Positions 49,051 to 61,838 of a stretch of 64,000 nucleotides of DNA are shown piece by piece. The first letter of the stretch is position 1, and each line of letters opens with the position of its first letter. A model generated the notes under the pieces. It did not search any database and was not told the DNA's origin. It worked only from the letters and a program-made list of their open reading frames with translations. The stretch comes from Convolutriloba macropyga. Taxonomy: Eukaryota. The stretch covers positions 46,562,001-46,626,000 of the forward strand of contig NC_134470.1 in the NCBI RefSeq assembly GCF_964194025.1, read 5' to 3'. The translations under genes and the position numbers were made by a program.

Positions 49051-50162
49051 TTTTGATCTAATTTTTTCTCTTCTGAATTTTAAGCAACTAAACGCAATTG
49101 GCGGCAGTTTTTCACTACAAGACCCATGAAAAGTGCGCCGAAAAATCATTTGAGATGGATGGTGTTTGAAAACTCATCATACACCTCTTTCTTTATTAAT
49201 TGTTGAATATGGTTTTTCCATTGGCCATTGATTATTAGTTTTGATCAGTAAAAAAGGCCAGTCCGTTCCTTTCTGCGCTGTATCTGCATTTGTCCTTTCG
49301 AATTTCTCATGTTACCCCTAAGCATAAATGCAGTTACTCTGAAAGTAATGTGCGCGTTTATAGACAACGTCTGGATTAATTAATCACAACTTGCTGTCAA
49401 ATTTTAGGTAAATTATCAATGTACATGAACAATTGTTGACAGTAACAACAATTTTTAAGCATGATCTTCAACTCAAAATGGTTTGATGCATTGTGAATTT
49501 TCGAATTACCGTAACTGTCTGAGCATTCACATATACATACTACGTAATGTGAATTGTATTGGCGCGGTGTATTTTCATGCACTGTGAAGCCGTGCCATAA
49601 AGGCAAATTAAGCGTAGAGCAGTGAGAATGAGAGTATGCTATTTAATGAGGTATGTTTTGAACAATAATGAGGTTTTAACATTGTCCAGTCCGTTCTGTT
49701 CATTCACCGTGCGTGCTGCTACTTTTTTTTAATGATCCTGTTGCATTAAACTTTTTTTCAAGTATTTGTGAGGGAACTTGATCGAAAACTTTCAATTATA
49801 ATCTGGATTTTGCTGTTAATAATTGTAACCAACAGGAGTTCGGTCACGCTCTTTGAGATGTTGAGAATGACGAAAATGAGATGATAAGCAAGCATAAATT
49901 CTGAGATTAGAAAGTGCAATTTCAAAAATTTACTCTTTTCGAATCAGCTTGAGATTAAAAGCTAGAAAAATATACTTGTAAGCTCGAACGCATTTGACGT
50001 TTGGTCTTCAAACTTTTCATGTGCTTGTGTGCGCTCTCAAATTGTTAGTTTGTTCGTCATCACAAAATCTGTGCTTGATTACTGTTTTTTACAACACGGT
50101 TATGCAAGTAATAGTCCTATCTGTTGTTTGTTACTTTGATTGCTGTTGAATCTGTTGCTGCA

Positions 50163-50341
50163 ATGTATAATGTGAGTATGGTCGCACGCCACGCGGTCAC
50201 TCTGCCGAGATCACAGAGTGTGACCGTGGCTGATGACGAGGTTGATCTTGACACCACCCCAAATCTCAGAAAGAGAAGGACCTTATGGAGGTTTCGTCCC
50301 ACAGGAAGACCTCAATTTGGGCGCAGAAGACATTTGCAAAG
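50163..50341 (+). CDS. Probable first coding exon of the Shaw/Kv3-type K+ channel (N-terminal extension)
   Basis: GC-richer open segment MYNVSMVARHAVTLPRSQS...GRRRHLQ(R) ending at an AG|GTTAAG donor in phase 2, matching the phase-2 acceptor at 56652. The start codon is uncertain. Confidence 0.6.
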
Positions 50342-50489
50342 GTTAAGTTATCTGTTTAAAGTCCGATTTTTTCCTCGGCGCCTCGCCTCTTTTTATGCAT
50401 CTTGGAAAAAAACAAATTTTCGCAGCTTTTCACTACGAGCCTGATTTTCCTTATCCTTTCGTTGTGTTTCTCCTTGATGGGATTTTTGT

Positions 50490-50735
50490 AATTCACACTC
50501 TCTCAAGATTAAAGTTTTCTGTACCATTTTAAATTCTCGTGTGACTTTTACGTCCTTGAAATTGCGAATTTTGCGTGATAGATTTTTTTATTCACAGTTT
50601 TAAGCAGCTAACTCAATTTTCGGCAATTTACTACTAAACATTAGATGGAAATTGCGCTGAAATTGGTTTTTTCATCTTTCATCTTATAGTGGTCTATAAT
50701 TTACTCTAAGAACGTGATTTGAAGCCCCTTAGCAA
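50490..50735 (+). repeat. Dispersed repeat also present in both duplication copies (~22050-22420, ~25690-26050)
   Basis: Shared TTTGCGTGA..AAGCAGCTAACT..CAATTTACTA..AAATTGGTTT..AAGCCCC motifs. Confidence 0.55.
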
Positions 50736-53700
50736 ACGTATCCCCTTGCCCCAACAAGTCTCCCAGCCCTCATCCATTGAAATCTTTTTGGTTAGCAGAA
50801 AACTTCGAAGGCGCCTATGAAAGATTTTGTTTGTTTTCTAACCTCCTCATCAGCATTTGAGGCAATTTGTTTTTTCGTTCATTTCAGCACAATTAGTTAC
50901 AGCCCTCTCTAATCACTTTAATGGGAAGTATTTTAATTCAACTTTGAACATCAAACATTTGTTGAAACCATTGCAGAGTTCTTCTAATTTTTAAGTCAAA
51001 TCCAAAATTGTTCTGTGCTTCTCATGGTGGACTTGAGATGTGCAGAGATCTTTGTAATGCTTGGCTTGGTTGGCTATCGATTATTGTTTTAAATTGTTTA
51101 TCAGCCATTTCTGCCATGCGAAGGGAATGAAAAAAATTAGGTTAAGCATAATTCAAAAGTACTGATTTAACTGAGATCAGTCATCATTCTCTTGTTAATA
51201 GCTGTGAAATTTCTTATTCGTTTTTTTCACGAATTGAAAATTTAGAATTGTCTGTGAGCAGTGTTCTTTTGTAAAGATCGCTTCACTATTTTTGGTCACG
51301 ATTTTTTTGGTCAACGAGGAGTCAAAAAGGAGTTGTGATTTTAGTCACACTGCATTCGTAAATAGTGAGTGGAGTGAAATAAATGGTTTCTTAAGTTAGT
51401 TGTGAGAGTCTGTATTCAGGGGCGGAAGCTCGTCTGCTTCTTACTTTTTTGCAGAATGTTTTCAAAGTCAATTCCTAGGAGTTTAAGGTATAATTTTTTG
51501 TTAATAACAATTTGTTTTTTATTTCAAAGAAGAACTTTTCCTGCTTTAGTCATGAATATTTTTGTTACAACGTGTGGCGTTGTAAGCACTTCAAATCAGT
51601 TTTTTCTATTCATTCATTCACGCAATTTTGTCTGATTTGTACGCTTACTGGAATGAATTTTGCTGCTTGCACCTGGCTACCCTTATTCACAAAATGAGTA
51701 GTTTTGCTTACGTTAACTGGCAGTGACAATTCAACTGAGGATATCCCACTATAGTTGTAGGATAATTGGCGGCTGATTTTAGATTTATACTCTTTTCACC
51801 TTATGATGTCTCATGAATTCGTAAGAAAAATATGATTTGTATTTGTATATCTCTTTGTATAAGTCTATGAAGCAATCGCGGCTGTTTTCTTTCAATCTGT
51901 CAGTCTGAAATTTTGAGGTTCATTTCCGGTTGGATTGAGGTTGACTTGTATTTTTTTAAGTTGTGTTTAACTGGAATACAAATGCCATACCTTTTATACT
52001 TTGTTTTAATCAATCGTAACTTTTAAAATACCTGAAATTACAAAGAGCTAATTTTTCTACCTAATTTTTACTACCAAATGCAGATCTTTTTACCCTGTAA
52101 AGTAACTTTAAACCCTTTCTGCTCTGTGCTCACCATTACTACAATGCCCTCCTTGTAGTCCAATGCTCATCATTCGAGTGCGCCGTCGAAAATCTTCGGG
52201 TTATTGTGTCAAAGCATGTCCACCGACCCCCATTCGAGTACGCTTTTTGCACTGCGCTATTTCGCTTCACTGTTATAGTTTTCGATTCAATATCGGTCCC
52301 TGACCTGTGAAAGAGGTTAAAGAGGAGATTGCTATCTTAAAAATAATAGTTTTAAATTTGGTAAAAAACCAATTAGTTTACCAAAGGAATTTACCGTGTT
52401 GCCGGTGCTCTTAATTTAGGTCAATACGACCTTGAAGGTTTTGCACAATGTGACTATGTGGCTTTATGTGAACCGGTTTAAATGCAAACGTGCATTTATA
52501 ATTCTATAAGTGTCCAACATCTGTAATAAATGTGATCACTTATATAGACCACAACACAGCATCCCTAGCAATAGTTTTAACAACGTGAAGTTTGCGATAT
52601 GGTCGAGAGAAGTTTTGTAACCGTCAAGTTGTTCCCTTAATTCATGCAATAGAAGAAATAGTAGCAAAATATCCAGATTAATTTTACTGATTCCCGGTCA
52701 TTCTTGTATTTATCCACAGGACGTCGAATGTGCCTAAACAGTACGGTAAACTTCGTGTTCTTTTCCGCCTGATGTATTTCTCAAACTATTTTCCTTACCG
52801 CATTGCTAACATTATAATGTAATTTTTGTTTTGTGTTGGTAAACAACTTAATGTACACAATCGCTCTTGAAATGTCAAGCCTTGTACTGCGTATTTTATC
52901 AGATTAAATTTTGGATAAGTGAAACAACAATTCGGAAACCATCTGAAATAATGTAAATTGGCTATAATTTTCGCGTGGAACTACGTTCGCTCTTGTACCT
53001 TTGTAGTCCCACGCACAATTGCAATATACATTTGTTTATTAATTACATGCTTATAATTCGTGATCTCAAGTGTTCGGCGATGCTGGAAGAAGATGGAATA
53101 TGGAGCATTGATTGAAAAATTTGAGGAATTGATAGACGACAGCGAGCTGCAAACAGAACTGTTAGCAGTATAAAGAACATTACTTTCGACATGGAAAACG
53201 CGATTCAAACATAAAATCGTAAAATCGTCGGGTCAGATTCTGCCACAACAAAAGGGGAAATGCTTAACAATTTTAAAATTGTCTTGAATAGACTAGACTC
53301 ATTGTTCACTCATATATATTACCATTAAAAATAACCACCTTAAACGCCCAAATTTTCAGAAAGACAGACCAACATAAAATGCAACCGGATTTTAAGTTAT
53401 CCGTTTAACCTTTTTGCGTGGATTATGACAAAATTGAAGGACCAATATTATTCATTTTGATTTTGGGGTTACTCCTTTCCTCATTGGGTCTGCGCAATTG
53501 CCGCGTTTCAAACTATTGAGTATTGTTCTTCACTATTATAAGTTTCAGTTGGTGAGTGCGAGCGCTCAGGGTTACATTATGTGGGGTCATTCTGCAAGCC
53601 ACGTGTTGTTGGAAGTTCAATCAAGAAAGGAAAGCATTTTACTTAGTGAAATGCTTTTGCATCTACTGTTGTACTGGTTATTTTATTTTAATTTAGAGAA

Positions 53701-53790
53701 CGCAGGGTACGATTTCATCCATCGGTCACTAAAACTTCGAGGCAGAGCGCTTAGTTTGAAAGATTGAACTTATACTTAAAGAAGTGAAAG

Positions 53791-53851
53791 AAATTTTTTG
53801 CCCTAAAGTTAGTGTCCTAATTTAGGACACTAAGTTTAGGGCAAAAAAATT
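53791..53851. repeat. ~60-bp palindrome
   Basis: TTTTTTGCCCTAAAGTTAGTGTCCTAA-T-TTAGGACACTAAGTTTAGGGCAAAAAA. Confidence 0.9.
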
Positions 53852-54068
53852 AAACTTAGTTAAAAATCTTACTTGTGAGACTTGAATCACCACTATAAAT
53901 AATCGGCTGCGTCACTATCGGAGACGGAGATTTCTTGATTCATTTCAACTCCTGTTTTTTTTTTCAAACAGAAAACGTTTATTTCACTAATCTGCAAAAT
54001 TGTACTCATAACCTCAATTTCAAATGAAATTCAACACATTCGTACCCTTTGGTTCTCTAAATACGTTA

Positions 54069-54169
54069 GTTAGAACAAAATCTTTGTCACCCTCGTGCCC
54101 AGCACTCGGGTGTAGGCGCCCTCGTGTATTGGCGCTAAGTCCCTCGGGCGACTAAGATTTTGTTCTAAC
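54069..54169. mobile_element. 101-bp MITE with 24-bp TIRs
   Basis: GTTAGAACAAAATCTTTGTCACCC vs reverse complement GTTAGAACAAAATCTTAGTCGCCC (22/24); GC-rich interior with repeated CCCTCG. Confidence 0.75.
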
Positions 54170-56651
54170 ATATTCCAGTTCCTGTTGCGGTAACAACAGT
54201 TGATAACTCATCATGAAGTAAATGCCCGCTTAACGGTTTTCATCTGAGTTGTATTTGCTCATAAATCGATATCACCCTCTTAAAGGCATTCAACAACGGC
54301 TTTGCCTAGGAGTTTGATAGCTTTAACGGACTTTGTTTGCCCCGTAAAGTTTTCTGTGTACCCCGCAATGTTTCATAAACCATTAAAAAAATGTCAAATT
54401 CAAATGCTAAAGTTACTTTTTTAAAATAAAGCAATTTTCAAACATAAAAAGTTCATTTTTCCATACTAGAGATGTTCCGCCTTAATATTATTTTTCTATG
54501 TATTTTGAGCATAAATTTTGTAGCATGGCTTGTCAAGCAAGGTTTTTGACTTACACGTAGCTGTTTGATATTTTCTTGCGTGTTTTTGTGTTCATACGAA
54601 TGAATCGTTTTTAAATACTAATGTCCTTCAAAATGATGTCTGCCAGTTTTATTTGGAGCAGCAGAAAGGTTCAACTGACACTATCTCGATCTTGATTCTT
54701 TTAAGAGCAGGTTATTAAAAAATCAATTCAAATTTCGACCGAGGATATCAAGAAGTTTACTAATTTTTGATCTGTTTTATTTGACCGCGAAGGCATATGT
54801 TTAGGAATAATTGGCGGTATCTTCGAAATCCCTCCTAGAGAACATTACGATAACATGGTTGCTGAACTTTTTTCCACATTTTCCGGAAAATTTTCCAGAA
54901 GCCTTTTGAATATGACACTTCGAGCTTTTTTTGTTTTCCGACTTTATTTGAACTTGAAAATGGCAGGATTAACGTGTTCATTAATTAGAGGCACTATAAA
55001 AGTGGAGAACGTTTCCATCGAACAACATGTTTATAATACCAGGTGCAGATTTGCGAGCAAATTTAGAAGGGTGTTTTTTTAAAAGCTGGCTTAACCTTGC
55101 CTTTTCGCTCTAAAGTTAAAATTGTTCAATTGTGCACCCCCTTTGAATAAAGGCAGCGATAACTTTATTGGCACCCCCTTTATTGGCAGCGATAACTTTT
55201 TCCAATATTTTTTTCTGTTTCGATGTCTTCTACGTCACGCAAATCTATTCTTTCGCAGCGATTCCGGCAATATGTCGGCTATTTTAGTGTAGCATAAATA
55301 TTCGTGCAATGGTCTTCGAAACAAAAAGAAGGTTTTAATCAAAATATTTAATGATTTTTGCTATGGAATGTTTAAATTGAAACCTTTCTTTTTGGTGTAA
55401 TGACTATTTTTCCCTATATTGGGAATGTTTTGAAGCTGAAGGTTGCATTTATCATAGTAGTTTTGACCAAATTTTGATTGATCTATCCATTTTTGTTCTG
55501 AATTTGAGGTTCGGATTAAACATATTATACTAAAACAGCTGCTCTTTTCTGCATAAACTGCCGTGGGATTGCGGAAAAGTTTCAGATTTTATTGATCCTA
55601 TGAACCATTGGTCCCTTTTTAGAGCATTAAGAATCAAGAACTTTTCAAAAGTTTTACTTTCATAACTCTAAGAATTGGTTTTTTAGTCAAAAAGTGTTAG
55701 CCAATTCTCGTTAACATATTTAACAAAATACGAATTGCAGAACTCATTTCACTTAAGATCAAATTCAGTTGATGTTCAAATTCCAAGATAAATGAAGCTA
55801 TAGACACGTTTTATAGTTGAACCTTTAAAAAAAATATAATTTGTCTCTTTTCAGGATTGTTTGTAAGATACAAAACCCTCTGCTGAAGCGCATTAAAAAG
55901 ATAGTAATACAGAGTAAAAACATCCCTATGATCTTTAATGTAAAGCTCACTTATTTTTGATTTATGTGCTTTCAGTTGTTGATAACTAAAACTTTGAATA
56001 TTTTTGGGTAATTAATTCGGTTGTTTGAGCCAATTATATGTTTTTCTTCAACAATTTAGCCAATGACTTTGTTTTTTGAAGTTTTTGAAAGTGGTGGAGG
56101 AAATAGGCCTCTCGTTTGTTTTTTAATGACTGCTGAACTTTGCGGAATTACATATTGTAGCGGAGATTCTGACCTTAATTGTTTGAAAAGTTCTTTAACA
56201 ATTTCAATCACGTAAAGCTGTATACAGTATGTATCTTGTTATCAATTATTTATCAATTGAAACCAAAAAACAATAATCTGACTCATAGCTGAGATTTTTT
56301 ATGTTGTTATCGTGAGTTTGAAAGAGATTGCCTTTTTCGTTACAAATTTCTATTATCTGCTCTTCAACGCGTAAATACTTAACATGTCAGCTGTTGAATT
56401 ATACTTTTAAGTGGGAGGTTGGAAATGGGTGTCCGAAAGCACAGACGCGCGAGGTTGCATATCCACCGGTGTTCTGGTCAAAAGACGTGAAAGCAGTTAA
56501 GACTGCTCATTTTCCACAAAATCAGACGTCTCAAAATGTTCAAGCTCTCTAAGAAATCCCGTCTTTAAAATTAATGGTTACGTTGGCGCATTTGTGTTCG
56601 TGAATGTTTACTTGGCGTAATGAGATTGAATGCGGTACGTGCTATTTTCAG

Positions 56652-56775
56652 AAGATGTGTGTCAGAATTGCCCTCTGTAGACTTGGAGGGCAACCCAATC
56701 CCAGAACCCAGAGAGAGGGTAATCATCAATATTGGAGGTGTCAAATATCACTCCTTCAGATCCACCCTCCTACAG
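56652..56775 (+). CDS. Shaw: Shaw/Kv3-type voltage-gated K+ channel, T1 domain exon
   Basis: TTTTCAG| ... CAG|GTAAGA; encodes RCVSELPSVDLEGNPIPEPRERVIINIGGVKYHSFRSTLLQ (T1/BTB start, R-V-x-x-N-x-G-G). Confidence 0.9.
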
Positions 56776-56959
56776 GTAAGAAGAGGACAGGGGAGCAAAT
56801 ACTGGCCTTTGACCAACTTCGTAAGGTTTCTTTCTCACGGCAGTTGTTGCCTTAATAAATTTTAAACAGCCATTATAACAGTACAAAATTCTGATGTTTA
56901 TCTTCCTTATAAAAAATGGTTATGAATGAAGCGCCTAGAGAATAGTTGAATCTGTTTAG

Positions 56960-57096
56960 GTTCCGAAGACTCGCCTGTTTTACCTAATGCAGATCCCGGT
57001 GAACAGATTGCACCCGGATGAGTACGACCACGCAACCAACCAGTACTTTTTTGACCGGTCGCCCGACCTCTTTGAGCACATCATCAATTATTACAG
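56960..57096 (+). CDS. Shaw: Shaw/Kv3-type K+ channel, T1 domain exon
   Basis: TTTAG| phase 0 ... AG|GTTCGT phase 2; VPKTRLFYL...EYDHATNQYFFDRSPDLFEHIINYY(R). Confidence 0.93.
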
Positions 57097-57116
57097 GTTC
57101 GTTAATTATTTTTGTT

Positions 57117-58626
57117 TAATAGCCGCCCTTATCTTCTCAGCTGGCTATTATAGCGCTCCTAGTTTTTTTTACAATTCAAAGAATTTGAATTGTATTGAGG
57201 CGTTGTCTTTTTTACGACTCGAAGCGGAGTATTGGAGAAGTCTTTTTTAATCAATTTTGAGTGATTTTGAAGCGGGAAATGAAATGCGTGAAAAAATTTG
57301 GTGTGATTTTGGTGCTGAACAAAAGTGAGGAGCGGAGCGAAAAGAGAGTGGTTTTTTGTTCATATCGATGTTTTCTAGAGAGCGAGAAATTGAGGTATGA
57401 AAAAAATTCTGTAAGCGAGCGAAATTTTTTGTTCACGTGCGGCATTTTTAAAGCAGTTTTTTCTCAATTTTTTTTGGTTAAGTGGTTTGGTTGTGATTTG
57501 CTGTTATTTTCAGGCTGGTGTTGGTAGTGGTTTGAAGGTTTCTGAAAATTTATATGAATTTTATTGTTTTGTTTTACTGCCTCAAATGGGTATTGAAGAT
57601 ACCCCTATTACTTGAGCAATTTTTAATTAACACTTGGTTACAGTTTTGTGGATATGAAGCATTTTTTTTGTTGAGAAATATGACGAAAAATGTCCAAAAT
57701 TGGAACTAATTTTCTTAATTTTTTGCAGTTTTTCGGTTTTTTTCTGTTCTTTAGACAAGTTTCTTAACCTATTATGACTTGCCTATTGTCTTGCGAGCAT
57801 CTGGGTACCCTATTGGCTGAAACGATTTTTTGTTTAGATTTATGTGCTTTTGTAATATTAAAAATATATTAACTTTTTCCAGTTTTTTAGTCAAAGTTGT
57901 TTGTAAGAGCTTATTTCTTCGTGATTTGGCTTCAAGTATTTTAAAAAATCTCATAAGTGGTTTTCGTAGTTAATAGTTGTATTGATGAAGTATTTGTAGC
58001 AGAGATAGTTTTTTGGGGTATCAATTTATGACAGAATGTGATCAGATTTTTTACCATATTTTAATAGATTTGATTTTTTTTGCTTTCTTGTTTTATGGTT
58101 TTATTTCAAGATAGTCGTAAATTATTGGAGGCACGTTTTGTCTGATGAGTAGTTGGATGGCATTTAAGTGGATTTCCACTTCGAGTTGTTTCCGGAATTC
58201 TTCCGGATATGTTTTTTAAGATCTGTTCACACATTTTCATGATTCTTGAGGTCAAATTGGAGTAGTGATTTTAGTCACGCCGAAACAGGAAATGGAGCGA
58301 AAAATCGAGTGGTTTTGCGGCGTGAAATTCGCATTCTCGCTTTCTCGCTAGTGGTTTTTTGTTCACATGCGGCAATTTGACTTTGATTTTTACTGTTTTT
58401 TCGATTTTTTTGGATCGGTTTTTCTAAATAGTTTTGCCAATCCATTCGTAGTCTGTTCTAGGTCTTGTTTTCTGTTAAGTCAATAAAAATTCTTTGAATT
58501 GTACGTCAGGACTTGTCCTGCTATGTTTTTTTACTTCGTCGAACAAAAAAATGTTCCGCTTTACCTCATTTTGCCGCTTTTCCAACATTTTGCGTGAAAT
58601 TTTTTGGACTTCTCTAGGCTAGTTTA
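57117..58626 (+). mobile_element. Partial copy of the Helentron-like family with ~1.35 kb extra internal sequence
   Basis: 57117-57170 matches 34691-34745 and 58527-58626 matches 34740-34837; the two blocks are contiguous in the 34.7 kb copy. Confidence 0.6.
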
Positions 58627-59672
58627 TTGCATGCAGTAAAACATCATAAATTAAGTTTTTACTACTACCGTTCTAATATTCAGCTGACTCTACATAGCAC
58701 TGCGAAATAACTTTGTATTTAACTTAGAAATCAGAACCTTTTTTTTACCTCAAACCCTGCACTTGGAAACACTAAGCGAAATTTTCAATTGAACTGAAAC
58801 AAATAAACCATGAGCTAATGTGTAATAACATAGCGAAAGCTTTTACGAAATGAAATTTTTATGAAATCTTGTGTTTCCAGCATTACACTGGCTTACTGGA
58901 AGCAGAAGAGATTTTTATGTGCACGGTCTTATAATGCTTCTCTGCACGATGCTATTTTTGCTAGGGCGGTCGAATTGATGTAGGCTACCCCTTATCTTGT
59001 AGGAAGAAATTTAATCGACCGTGCTTGGTAGGATGTTCTCCTAATGTCATTGTTCATCTTCTCATAGAAAAGATAAGATTACCATGAATTGGGTGACGCC
59101 TGAAGCAAAGTGCACTAAATGTGTACCTCTTGATTTTTCAAAACGAAGTGACTCTGCAAATAAGAACAAGTCAGAAAATTGTATCGCAGTCAAATTTAAA
59201 TCCAAAATGACCGGAGGTGGTATAATAGAAACGGTCTTTAGGTGTTAGTAAGGCTAATTCTTCTGTCTAATTCCTGAGTGAGGTTAAAAGTGGTGAGGCT
59301 AAAAGACGATTAGTTCTGTAGGGCAATTTATAGACGGCTGATTTTCAGAAGTTAATACCCTAAGAGGCAGAGCAATTCTCTTGATGAGATAAATGTAAAT
59401 TCAATTCATTACGTCTGGTCATGAAAGTTTAAGCTACTTTTCTAATTTTGAGATAAATTGTGTGCTTGAAATAGGTGGTTGTTAGCTAACCTTAGCTCGT
59501 AATTCAAATGTAGCTCTAAGAATTGTGCTGTGTTGTTTGTAAATCGGCGATAAATTCAACTGATCAATCGTTTGAATTATGAATTTGATTGGCAGCTTTT
59601 TGGTATACTATGATAAAAATTTGGTCTGAATAATTTTATTGTCTCATTTTCAAAAGCGTATGTTTGTCTCAG

Positions 59673-59786
59673 GACTGGGCAGTTACACGTGCCTCGAGAC
59701 GTGTGTTGGCCTCTGTTTGACAACGAATTGCAATTCTGGGGTCTGGACCACAGTCACCTCGAAACTTGCTGCTGGATGATTTACAG
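59673..59786 (+). CDS. Shaw: Shaw/Kv3-type K+ channel, end of T1 domain exon
   Basis: TCTCAG| phase 2 ... AG|GTAACT; [37 protein letters not shown](R) with the HX5CX20CC zinc motif and Shaw-like PLF..EL.FWGLD..E.CCWM.Y. Confidence 0.93.
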
Positions 59787-60920
59787 GTAACTGCCAAGGG
59801 CACGTGCAATAATGAAGTGACAACTTTGATCAAACTAAGTCTCAACGCTAATTTCCAATATATAAAAAATGGCAAGGAAGCTATTCCCTTTTTTTCACGG
59901 TAGCAAACAATCCCTTTTACGCAAATCTTACCAAACTTCTAACCTGCTGCCGATGATCAGTGCGCAAAGGGTAGTCCAGATATATCGTGCCGCAAGGAAT
60001 ATTATACCGTTTTTCTATTTAAAAGGACCAATAATGGTGCCAGTGAAGCACTGATTAACTTGGTTCTCTGGCGTTTAATCGCAGCACCAAAATTACATAT
60101 AGTCGGATTTTGCTAAAGGTGAAACAACTGCACAAGGTATTCAATTTTGCAAACCTCGAACTTGTAACAATTATTCGGTGTATAATTAGAACAAGATGCC
60201 TCGACTCATGCTGTGCGGCGTATAGAAAGTTTCAACATTTGCCTTGGAAGAAATACATATAGCATCACTTCTTGAATCTTGAAACAAAATGCGATATAAA
60301 ATCACTATGGTTTTTTGAGCTATAAAAACAGAAGTACAAAGATTCATTGATCCGATAGATCTAGTATGCCCGCGTTATTGAGGCCAGAACCTACAAATTC
60401 AGATTTTTCCCGTGAAATAGTAGGTCCCAGGTGACGAAAACAGGAGCTAACGGAACAAAAAAATCTCGAATTAATTTCTAAAAAGTATTCAATATTTTCT
60501 GCCTTGGTTCAAGAACTCAAAATAAAACCAGTGCCGTTTTCTGAAGTCAAAAGTTTTGAGCAAAAACCGAAAATTTCCGTTTATTATGAGAGTCGTTTGG
60601 TACCAGCATGGAAATGTGTCACCTTCAAATGAAAAAAGCCATATAAATTTTAAGTTTGGCCGACTATTTAGGTTTTCCATCTAATAAATAAAAGTTTCCA
60701 TCAAATTTTCGATTGTCAAAGCCGTGAAAAAAATTGAATATCAAATTTGTTGTGATACGCTGGTATTCCGTGGCATCAATTAGTTACCCACGCAACTAGA
60801 TAAAAAACATTTCTGGAACATTGAGTTTCGAAATGCCAATTCTATAGAAAATGGCATAATTTTTCCATTGTTGTTTGACCCTTTTGACTTTTCGTTCTCA
60901 AAAACCGGATCTTTCGTCGA

Positions 60921-61815
60921 ATGAGAAAAAACTGCTTGAGTTAAAATATACGAAAGGTTCCGCAGCATACGGAAGCGTGAGAAACCTAAAAAAAGCTCAA
61001 ATTTGAAACCAAGTAGAGTGAAATTATTTCTGGAGGGCAAAAATGCCCACACAAAGCATAAAAAATATAGAAAAAAATATCCAACTCTGAACGTTGTTGC
61101 CTACGACATAAACAAAGTTTGGTCGCTAGACTTGGCTTATGTGGATAAATTAGCAAAAGAGAACAAAGATGTAAAATATTTGTTGGTTGCGGTTGATTGT
61201 CTCTCACTTTATCTACGTTTCGAACCCTTGAAATCAGAGTACGCCACAAACAGAGCCGATGCATTCAAGAAAATTATCAAGCGACCTAAAAAAGTGTGGG
61301 TTGATGCTGGTACAAAATTTAAGGGCTCTTCCAGCACTCTGTGTGAGAAAAATGAAATTGAAGTTTATAAAACTTTTAGCGAGAAAAAATCCGCATTTGC
61401 GGAAAAAAAATAGATCGCTCAAGAATTTTATATACAAATATTTAGAGGACAAATTGACATACTCGTATCTTAATCAACTGCAGAGTTTTGTACAAACCAT
61501 TAATTCTAGAGTCAACAGGGTAGCGAAATTGGCGCCCAATAAAGTGACCAAGAAAGACGTGCCTTACTTGCTATCATTAACTTTTAATGCGTCAGCAACA
61601 CTAGTTCGTCAACCAAAGTTTTACGTTTGGGACTTTGTGCGAATATCAAAAGCGGATCTTCCCTTTAGAAAAGGATGAAAGCAAACACTTACCAACGAAG
61701 TTTTTTAGATTTACGATATACCTACAACAAATCTCCCTACTTATAGTCTCATTGACGTATCTCAGGAGCCAGTCAACGGAAAATTTTATGAATTAGAGTT
61801 GGTCAAAGTTTGAGA
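60921..61815 (+). pseudogene. Polinton-type retroviral-like integrase (rve)
   Basis: YTKGSAAYGSVRNL; WSLDLAYVDKLAKEN..VKYLLVAVDCLS; VWVDAGTKFKG; SEKKSAFAE (D,D,E); PKF...DFVRISK...FRKG; PTYSLID...EPVNGKFYELELVKV. Frameshifts and stops present. Confidence 0.9.
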
Positions 61816-61838
61816 CAATAGTAGTGAAATAACAAAAT

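Noticed and set aside
53080-53200. Coding-like stretch MEYGALIEKFEELIDDSELQTELLAV in channel intron 1
   Set aside because: Ends in a stop, lacks convincing splice sites, and has no recognisable family; probably a transposon scrap.
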